Assembly: GCA_046539325.1 (NCBI GenBank)
Contig: JBKHHD010000001.1
Location: forward strand, 32,001 to 96,000
Source of the DNA: Candidatus Aenigmatarchaeota archaeon
GTDB lineage: Archaea > Aenigmatarchaeota > Aenigmatarchaeia > PWEA01
Reading direction: 5' to 3'
DNA: 64,000 nt
The notes beneath the pieces were generated by a model, which had not been told where the DNA came from, ran no database searches, and saw only the letters and a list, made by a program, of their open reading frames with translations. Position numbers and translations under genes: made by a program. Positions within the stretch are counted from its first letter, which is position 1. Each line of letters begins with the position of its first letter. Of this stretch, positions 57,291-64,000 are shown piece by piece.

Positions 57291-57775
57291 CAAAGAAGGC
57301 AGTAAACTTCATTGTAAAAGCAAGAGAAGGTAGCAGATGTAAGTATAATTATTCGGATGGTAAGCTTGAACTAGAAAGCATGTTGCCAAAGGGCGCACAG
57401 TATCCTGAAAACTACGGCGCAGTCTCTCAAACCCTAGACGATGCAAGAAAGAAGCTTGATGGGTTCCTAATAACTAACGAATCAATTGAACCAGGTACCT
57501 CAGTAAAGGTCAGGCCCGTCGCCTGCATAAGGACAGAGGAGGAAGGAGTGAAGAACGATAAAGTAGTAGTTGTACCGGAAATTGATCCGGATAAAGATAA
57601 TATAAAGGACCTTGAGGACCTGGACAGAAAGCTTCTAATTGAGCTTAAGGCCTTCGTAAACGAACTATGTCAAGCCGAAGGCAAGGATGTCGAGATAAAG
57701 GATACTTTTGGTAGTAGAGATGCAAGAAGATTGATAAAACACTGCAAAAAGATATATAAAAGAAGAAAGGAGTAA
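57287..57775 (+). CDS. ppa: Family I inorganic pyrophosphatase-like protein, catalytic residues degenerate
   Basis: GSRCKY, YPENYG..SQTL, PG..VKVRPV, DKVVVVP..DP; the DGDPLD motif is replaced by ARKKLD. Confidence 0.75.
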   Translation: MTKKAVNFIVKAREGSRCKYNYSDGKLELESMLPKGAQYPENYGAVSQTLDDARKKLDGFLITNESIEPGTSVKVRPVACIRTEEEGVKNDKVVVVPEIDPDKDNIKDLEDLDRKLLIELKAFVNELCQAEGKDVEIKDTFGSRDARRLIKHCKKIYKRRKE

Positions 57776-57805
57776 GTATGTGTCAACCATTTGAGGAGAT
57801 TGATA

Positions 57806-58357
57806 ATGTACAAGATACTAGAGGTTAAAGACACAATAAGAGTCGATCCAGAAAAGTTCAGTATGGAGCTTGAGGACTCCGTTTACGAATCCCTGAGAGA
57901 AAAGTATGAAGGACTATTGAGGCCTGAAATAGGCTTCATACTATCCGTTGAAGAAGTAACGGATATAGGTGAAGGAAAGATTCTTCCTGAAGACGGTGCA
58001 GCCCACTATCCTGCAGAGTTCAAGATGCTTGTCTTCGAACCACAGGAACACGAGGTAGTCATAGGGGAAGTTGTTGATGTGACGGAGTTTGGTGGTTTTG
58101 TAAGGATAGGGCCAATAGACGCTCTCATACACGTCTCCCAGGTTATGGACGACTACGTCAACTACGACGAAAAGAACAATTCTCTGGAAGGCAAGGAGAC
58201 AGGAAAGCGTCTGAAGAACGGTGATCTTGTAAGATCAAGGATAATCTCAGTATCTTACTCCGAGGACAACAAAGTGGGCCTTACGATGAAACAGCCAAGG
58301 CTTGGTGCTCTGAAATGGTTAGAAGAAGGCGAAGAAAATGAAGAAGAGGAAGAATAA
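57806..58357 (+). CDS. rpoE1: RNA polymerase subunit E' (Rpo7)
   Basis: MYKILEVKDTIRVDP, GEGKILPEDGA, FGGFVRIGPIDALIHVSQ, GLTMKQPRLG. Confidence 0.96.
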   Translation: MYKILEVKDTIRVDPEKFSMELEDSVYESLREKYEGLLRPEIGFILSVEEVTDIGEGKILPEDGAAHYPAEFKMLVFEPQEHEVVIGEVVDVTEFGGFVRIGPIDALIHVSQVMDDYVNYDEKNNSLEGKETGKRLKNGDLVRSRIISVSYSEDNKVGLTMKQPRLGALKWLEEGEENEEEEE

Positions 58358-58392
58358 ATTTAAATTTTAGGACGAAAAGATTCGTGATTAGT

Positions 58393-58581
58393 ATGGCAAA
58401 AAGAGAAAAAGCTTGTAAGGAATGCAGAAGGCTCATCCAGGGCAGCGAATGTCCTGCATGCAAGACCTCGGATCTTACAAAAAACTGGGAAGGAATGGCT
58501 ATAATTATAGATCCTGAATCAGAGCTTGCCCAAACAATAGGTATAGAAACACCTGGAAAATACGCAATTAAGATGAGGTGA
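58393..58581 (+). CDS. spt4: Transcription elongation factor Spt4 (RpoE'')
   Basis: ACKECRRL...CPAC...NWEGMAIIIDPESE.A..IGI..PGKYA. Confidence 0.95.
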   Translation: MAKREKACKECRRLIQGSECPACKTSDLTKNWEGMAIIIDPESELAQTIGIETPGKYAIKMR

Positions 58582-58585
58582 AAGG

Positions 58586-59020
58586 ATGAAGGTAGAAATA
58601 AAGGAAAGGAAAAAGAACCCTGTGCTAGACAGAAGATTGATAGAAGGAACTGTAGAACACGCAGGTGAAGCTACTCCTTCCTCTGAAGCTCTAAAAGGAT
58701 TCCTTGCAGAGGAACTAGACTCAGAAGAGGAAAGCATCGAAATTAAAAAGATATTTACAATAAGAGGAATGCAAAAAAGCAAGTTCTGGGCAAGAGAACA
58801 TGGAGATATTGAAGCTTCCGAAGAAGCAGAGAAAGGAGAAAAGAAGGAAGAATCCGGAGGCAAAAACTACGAAGAAGTATTAGGCGGAAGTATCTCAGAT
58901 GCAAAAGATGAGATAGAGGAAATGGACGATCCAGACTACGAGAAGTTGATGGAAGTTGAAAAGAACAATAAGGACAGAAAAGGTATGAAGAAATATCTGG
59001 AGAAGAACATAGGTGAATAA
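58586..59020 (+). CDS. rps24e: 30S ribosomal protein S24e with C-terminal helical extension
   Basis: KKNPVLDRR...HAGEATPS...IKKIFTIRG; lies before S27ae. Confidence 0.88.
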   Translation: MKVEIKERKKNPVLDRRLIEGTVEHAGEATPSSEALKGFLAEELDSEEESIEIKKIFTIRGMQKSKFWAREHGDIEASEEAEKGEKKEESGGKNYEEVLGGSISDAKDEIEEMDDPDYEKLMEVEKNNKDRKGMKKYLEKNIGE

Positions 59021-59021
59021 G

Positions 59022-59195
59022 ATGCCTAAACACAAGAAGGTAAGTGTATGGGAAAAGTACGATGTAGACGGTGAAGAAGTAGAGAGAAAGGGTAAGACCT
59101 GTCCCAGGTGTGGCGACGGAGTTTTCATGGCTGACCACGAAGACAGGCTCACATGTGGAAGATGTGGATTTTCTCAGATGAAGGAAGAAGAGTAA
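59022..59195 (+). CDS. rps27ae: 30S ribosomal protein S27ae
   Basis: [23 protein letters not shown]. Confidence 0.96.
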   Translation: MPKHKKVSVWEKYDVDGEEVERKGKTCPRCGDGVFMADHEDRLTCGRCGFSQMKEEE

Positions 59196-59250
59196 AAGGC
59201 GTTTATCTGTATTTCTATCCTGAACTCAAGCAAGCTTTGAGAACTGCTTA

Positions 59251-61209
59251 CTAGACCAAAAGAGGCACGAATATAAGAGCTGTCATTGCAACCAGCTTTA
59301 TGAGGACATTCAGAGAGGGGCCTGAAGTATCTTTCATTGGATCACCGATAGTATCCCCTACAACTGCTGCAGAGTGGGCATCAGAACCCTTACCCCCGTA
59401 GTTACCGTTTTCTATATGTTTCTTAGCGTTGTCCCAAGCTCCGCCTGCATTGGCCATTGTTACAGCAAGGAGGAATCCCGTTGAAATATTCCCAGCAAGC
59501 ATTCCTGCGAGGGCCTCAGGACCCAGAAGAAGTCCAACAACTATAGGCGAAAGTATAGCTATTACTCCAGGAAGAACCATCTCCTTGAGGGCTGAATCCG
59601 TTGAAATAGCTATACATGACGAGTAGTCAGGCTTCTCATCACCTGAAAGAATATTCATATCTTCGAACTGCCTTCTTATCTCATCTATCATCTTGCTTGC
59701 GCTTTTGCCCACTGATCTCATCGTAAGAGCTGAGAAAATAAAGGGTAGTAGAGCGCCAATGAACAGACCACCAACTATCATAGGCTGAGTAAGTGCTACG
59801 TCGGCTGCCTTCAGACCAACGTTCTGCGTGTAGGTAACGAAAAGCGTAAGTGAAGCAAGGGCTGCGGAGCCTATGGCAAATCCCTTACCTATTGCTGCTG
59901 TGGTGTTACCTATCGAATCAAGAGCTTCGGCCCTCTCCCTCACGTCCTGGCCCATCTCTGCCATCTCAGCTATTCCAGCAGCGTTGTCAGCTACAGGTCC
60001 GTAACAGTCCGTTGCAAGCGTTATGCCTAGCGTTGATAACATTCCTATAGACGCTATACCGATACCGTAGAGTCCTGCGAAATAATATGAAATTAACATG
60101 GCAGCAGATACCGTAAGCATAGGAACAAGGGTTGAAATCATTCCTGTGGAAAAGCCAGCTATTATGTTTGTAGCGGCGCCACCTATCGATTCCTTTGCAA
60201 TATTTCTCGTTGGTTTGTGTTTGCTGGCGGTGTAGTACTCAGTCATAAGGCCTATAATTACACCGGCCAGAAGCCCTGAAACTATAGAGTAAAATACGCC
60301 AATCACTATTTCAGGGAAGAGATGCTGCATCCCGAAATACATGAAGACAGGGGCAAGAATGGCTGCTCCGAAGGTTCCTCTGTTCAGGGCCCAGTGTAGG
60401 TTCTCCTCTCCACCAACGAAGAAGTATCCAATCATGGATGCTATTATTCCAGCTGCGCCTATGAAAAGGGGAAATACTACAGCGCCTGCAGCCTCCATGG
60501 TTATAGCTCCTATCGCCATCGTGGCCACGATCGCCTCGACGTATGACTCGAAAAGGTCCGCGCCCATTGCCGCTACGTCACCTACGTTGTCCCCGACGTT
60601 GTCCGCGACTACGCCCGGATTCCTTGGATCGTCCTCAGGGATATCCTCCTCCACCTTTCCCACAAGATCCGCTCCCATATCCGCAGTTTTCGTGTAAATT
60701 CCACCTCCGACGCGCGCGAACAGCGCTACTGAAGAAGCTCCGAATGCAAAGCCGAAAAGTATCTCGGGGTCAGGAAAGACGTAGTAGAAAACTGCTATAC
60801 CCAAAAGACCGAAGCCTACGACAGACATTCCCATAACGGTTCCTGAGGAAAAAGCAATTCCCAATCCTTTCCCGAGGCTATCCTTCACTGCTTCTGATGT
60901 CCTGGAGTTGGAGCTTGTGGCTGTAGACATTCCTATAACTCCTGCAAGCGAGCTGAGGAAAGCTCCGAAGACGAAGGTAAGGGCAGTCTGTGGGTTTATA
61001 AAGTAGAAAAGGACAGAAGCTATCACAACAACAACCACGGACAGGTACTTGAACTCCTGTGTAAGAAACGTCCTCGCTCCTTCCTTTATGTGATCCGACA
61101 TCTCCCTTGCCTTTTCAGGTCCCCGGTCCTTCTTCTTTATCCTCCAGGTCAAAATTACTGCGAAAATTAATGCTATGATAGAAGCAGTTACTGCTATCGT
61201 TACGTGCAT
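59251..61209 (-). CDS. hppA: Membrane-integral ion-translocating pyrophosphatase, K+-dependent type
   Basis: RVGGGIYTKTADMGADLVGKVE, EDDPRNP, DNVGDNVGD, GNTTAA, GGAWDNAKK, GDPMKDTSGPS; real start ATG 61209. Confidence 0.96.
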   Translation of the reverse strand: MHVTIAVTASIIALIFAVILTWRIKKKDRGPEKAREMSDHIKEGARTFLTQEFKYLSVVVVVIASVLFYFINPQTALTFVFGAFLSSLAGVIGMSTATSSNSRTSEAVKDSLGKGLGIAFSSGTVMGMSVVGFGLLGIAVFYYVFPDPEILFGFAFGASSVALFARVGGGIYTKTADMGADLVGKVEEDIPEDDPRNPGVVADNVGDNVGDVAAMGADLFESYVEAIVATMAIGAITMEAAGAVVFPLFIGAAGIIASMIGYFFVGGEENLHWALNRGTFGAAILAPVFMYFGMQHLFPEIVIGVFYSIVSGLLAGVIIGLMTEYYTASKHKPTRNIAKESIGGAATNIIAGFSTGMISTLVPMLTVSAAMLISYYFAGLYGIGIASIGMLSTLGITLATDCYGPVADNAAGIAEMAEMGQDVRERAEALDSIGNTTAAIGKGFAIGSAALASLTLFVTYTQNVGLKAADVALTQPMIVGGLFIGALLPFIFSALTMRSVGKSASKMIDEIRRQFEDMNILSGDEKPDYSSCIAISTDSALKEMVLPGVIAILSPIVVGLLLGPEALAGMLAGNISTGFLLAVTMANAGGAWDNAKKHIENGNYGGKGSDAHSAAVVGDTIGDPMKDTSGPSLNVLIKLVAMTALIFVPLLV

Positions 61210-61292
61210 AACCTGAACTAGTTTTCCGTTGTTTTTAAAATTTCTAACGAAACCACAAAGATATTTAAATTTTAGTATTAAATAGTAACAAT

Positions 61293-62201
61293 ATGTCAGA
61301 AAATGAACAACCTGAGGCTTCAAAGGAGGTATACGAAAAACTCCCCTGGGACAAAATAATGAGTGAAAGAAATGAAAATGAAGAAGGTCTGGAATCATTA
61401 GCACAAGGCTCATATAAATGGGATCAGGAAGTAGACAAACTTGCTTCAGAAAAGAAACCGGACAATGGTGATTATGAGGCACAGAATGGAACATCTTCTT
61501 CAACTGATTCAACTGAACAAAAGACTGTCGAAGTAATATATTCATTGCAGCCTGAGATAAAGGACACAGCAGATAAACTTGGTTTAAAATACAACAACGA
61601 GATGGACCTATTCTTGAGATGGGGCGAAAAAAGCTACGATGGGCAACTTTTAAGAAATGTTGCAAAAAAGGTCTACGGAAAAGAAAGGGGGGCATACAAC
61701 TCATGGGACGAGATGGATAAAGCCGAAAAACATTCAGAGGTTATATCCCTGGGATTTAAGATGACAGATCCCGAATTTGAAGAAATTGCGGAATGTAGCA
61801 GTCTTACCGAAGCCTCAGAATTAATAGCCGAAGAAATCGAAAACAAGTACGAGGACAGTTACACGTCACAAACCATACAGAAAATACTCAGAGAAGAAGC
61901 GCCAGAAATACACAGAGATCTAATGGATCCTTCCTTCAAGAGGAAAATAAAAAATAAGGTAGACAAAGAGTTTTTGAAGGCCGTGGACCCGGCCACAAAA
62001 TCACTGGAACCTCTTGTTAGAGAGAGTGAAGAACAATTTGCAGGAAGGTCCTATAACATGAATACAACCGAGGCCAGAAGCCGAAAGAAAGAAAGAAAGG
62101 AGATAGAAGAAGAAAACAAAGTACCAATTAACAAAGAAGTAGCTGCAACTGCTGCTAAAACAGAAGATGGATCAGAATACCTGGAAAGTATTAGTTCTTG
62201 A
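61293..62201 (+). CDS. Hypothetical acidic protein
   Basis: 302-aa ORF, ATG about 30 nt after TTTAAATT; no recognisable motif. Confidence 0.7.
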   Translation: MSENEQPEASKEVYEKLPWDKIMSERNENEEGLESLAQGSYKWDQEVDKLASEKKPDNGDYEAQNGTSSSTDSTEQKTVEVIYSLQPEIKDTADKLGLKYNNEMDLFLRWGEKSYDGQLLRNVAKKVYGKERGAYNSWDEMDKAEKHSEVISLGFKMTDPEFEEIAECSSLTEASELIAEEIENKYEDSYTSQTIQKILREEAPEIHRDLMDPSFKRKIKNKVDKEFLKAVDPATKSLEPLVRESEEQFAGRSYNMNTTEARSRKKERKEIEEENKVPINKEVAATAAKTEDGSEYLESISS

Positions 62202-62252
62202 TACCAAGGTTGGCTATTAAAAACCACGACTTCAATACATGTTCTGAGTAAG

Positions 62253-63230
62253 ATGATCTGTTTTGGGATTGAAAGTACTGCTCACACCTTCGGAGTAGGG
62301 GTAATGGAAGACGAAGAAGTGCTTGCAAACGTCACTGATATGTACAAGCCTTCCGGAGGTGGGATACATCCAAGAGAAGCTGCGGAGCACCACACAGAAG
62401 TATGCGACGAAGTTTTAGAGGAAGCATTGACGGAAGCTGGAATAGAAAGAGAGGATATAGATCTCGTAGCTTTCTCCCGGGGCCCTGGACTTCCGCCTTG
62501 TCTGAGGACGGGAGCTGTATTTGCGCGGTCGTTGGCGCTTTCCTTGGACGTTCCTATAGTAGGTGTAAACCACTGTATAGCGCACATAGAAATAGGCAAG
62601 TTGAAGACAGAGGCAGAGGATCCTGTAACACTTTACGTCTCCGGAGGAAACACACAGGTTATAGCGCTCTCAGCAGGGAAGTACCGTGTCTTTGGTGAAG
62701 TTCTTGATACACCAGTAGGAAACGCTCTGGACAAGTTCGCGAGAAAGGCGGGTTTGGAGCATCCTGGTGGTCCAAAGGTGGAGAAGCATGCCAAAAAGGG
62801 TTCAAACTACATAGAGCTTCCATACACCGTCAAGGGAATGGACATGTCCTTTTCAGGACTCATGACCGAGGCCATGAGAAGACTGGAAGAAGAGGAAATG
62901 GAGGACGTATGCTACTCCTTACAGGAGACTATGTTTGCGATGCTGACGGAAGCTGTTGAGAGAGCTATGGCACATGCTGGTAAGGACGAGGTACTGCTTA
63001 CTGGTGGCGTAGCAGCGAACAAAAGGTTACAGGAGATGTTGGATACTATGTGTGAAGAAAGGGAGGCAGATTTCTACACGGTTCCACATGACCTCGCGGG
63101 GGACAACGGCGCTATGATGGCATGGCTCGGAATTTTGAAGTACAGGAGCTCCGGTGATGATGAGCTTGGAGAAACAAACTTCATACAGAACTGGAGAACT
63201 GATGACGTAGAAGTGACATGGGACAAGTAA
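62253..63230 (+). CDS. kae1: tRNA N6-threonylcarbamoyladenosine transferase Kae1
   Basis: GIESTAHT, GGIHPREAAEHH, VNHCIAHIEIG, YVSGGNT, GGVAAN, DNGAM; not fused to Bud32. Confidence 0.96.
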   Translation: MICFGIESTAHTFGVGVMEDEEVLANVTDMYKPSGGGIHPREAAEHHTEVCDEVLEEALTEAGIEREDIDLVAFSRGPGLPPCLRTGAVFARSLALSLDVPIVGVNHCIAHIEIGKLKTEAEDPVTLYVSGGNTQVIALSAGKYRVFGEVLDTPVGNALDKFARKAGLEHPGGPKVEKHAKKGSNYIELPYTVKGMDMSFSGLMTEAMRRLEEEEMEDVCYSLQETMFAMLTEAVERAMAHAGKDEVLLTGGVAANKRLQEMLDTMCEEREADFYTVPHDLAGDNGAMMAWLGILKYRSSGDDELGETNFIQNWRTDDVEVTWDK

Positions 63231-63264
63231 GCTTTATTAAGCGCAAACCATAATCCTTTTCCTG

Positions 63265-63882
63265 ATGGCTATGTCTTTAGTAAGCTATCTGAAAAATCCT
63301 AGCCAAGCCGTAGAGGAACTCAAGCAAAAGACAGAACTCAAAACGATGCAGAACTCTCTAGTAATGGTATTTGTATCAGCAGTTCTGTTTGCAGTAAACA
63401 GCTATGTAGGCCTGAATCTCCTAGAAAACATGGGCCTGGAGATAACAGGACCAGAGCTTCTCGTTTCAGTGCTTGAAATGGGAACAGTGAACCTGGCCAC
63501 AGGAAGCTTCTTCCTGATCTTCCTCGGAGGTCTTTTCTTCGGCTACCTTATGAAAGTCGTGTTGAATGTCCTCGGAGGAGAAGGTGACTACTGGGATGGT
63601 TTGACTACAATAGCGTATCCAGTTTTCTCAGTTAGCCTGGGCATACTTCTAGCAATGATATTCAGTTACGTGCCTACGGTAGGACCTGCACTGGCATTCA
63701 TCTTTGTAGCAGTATTCTTCGCAATAGGATACTCGTCTATGTTTAGGCTAGCAAAGGAAATGTTCGATGTAGGAATGATAGAGGCCTTCATAGGCGTTAC
63801 AGTTGTACTGGCTGTAGGTCTTGTTGCCATATACGGCGGTCTTCTGACGACGCCTGAAGGAGTAATGGCTGTAATACCATAG
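63265..63882 (+). CDS. Yip1-family membrane protein
   Basis: LKNPSQA.EE N-terminus, about 5 TM helices, LGGEGDY...T.IAY. Confidence 0.75.
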   Translation: MAMSLVSYLKNPSQAVEELKQKTELKTMQNSLVMVFVSAVLFAVNSYVGLNLLENMGLEITGPELLVSVLEMGTVNLATGSFFLIFLGGLFFGYLMKVVLNVLGGEGDYWDGLTTIAYPVFSVSLGILLAMIFSYVPTVGPALAFIFVAVFFAIGYSSMFRLAKEMFDVGMIEAFIGVTVVLAVGLVAIYGGLLTTPEGVMAVIP

Positions 63883-64000
63883 GCTAGCTAGGTACACGTA
63901 AGAGAGAAGGTCTCTGTTATTTGTGGGTTTAGTTCCGAGGTTTTCGAAAGATTTAAAAGTTTAGAACCTGAAAGAATGATATCTCTGGTGAACAGTATGG

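Noticed and set aside
61210-61704. 165-aa N-terminal extension of hppA in the ORF track
   Set aside because: It is antisense read-through of the 61293 gene; mPPase homology and a plausible ATG begin at 61209.
390-62698. Many overlapping antisense ORFs rich in Ser/Phe/Leu (e.g. 16567-17448, 38344-39021)
   Set aside because: These are mirror frames of Glu/Lys-rich genes (GAA/AAG codons) with no motifs or SD.
1-64000. CRISPR arrays, IS elements, inteins, stop-codon recoding
   Set aside because: No spaced direct repeats or transposase motifs seen; intein-prone genes (nrdD, infB, glmS) have normal length; conserved genes end at TAA/TAG/TGA where expected.

Overview
Archaeal chromosomal DNA. It most likely comes from a salt-adapted, anaerobic DPANN lineage: the proteins are very Glu/Asp/Lys-rich, PriS and PriL are fused into one primase, there is a class III RNR and a four-subunit POR, many genes look leaderless about 30 nt after TTTAAA/TTTATA boxes, and the Shine-Dalgarno is GGTGA-type. 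The window is mostly housekeeping: replication/repair (mre11, rad50, herA, nurA, nreA, PCNA, primase, GINS), translation (metG, gltX, aIF2 alpha/gamma, aIF5B, r-proteins, kae1, ncsA/SAMP, tRNA-Pro), upper mevalonate pathway, POR, glmS and a membrane PPase. I saw no CRISPR array, transposase, integrase or rRNA. Main unusual signals: (1) several conserved genes (glmS, NYN nuclease, PIN protein, probably rps6e, a microprotein, perhaps MEMO1) have no usable ATG/GTG/TTG but have ATC/ATT at the normal SD spacing, suggesting routine non-canonical initiation; (2) a K-loop hairpin abuts the rps6e SD; (3) tRNA-Pro(CGG) carries a 45-nt D-loop intron; (4) a bacterial-type nrdR-nrdD-nrdG unit with tandem NrdR boxes sits on an archaeal TATA promoter; (5) DUF35 is fused to HMG-CoA synthase; (6) an unannotated metallothionein-like peptide lies divergent from a Cys-rich HxlR regulator; (7) the soluble PPase is catalytically degenerate and lies near a membrane PPase. 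Family assignments come from motif recognition only; no searches were run.
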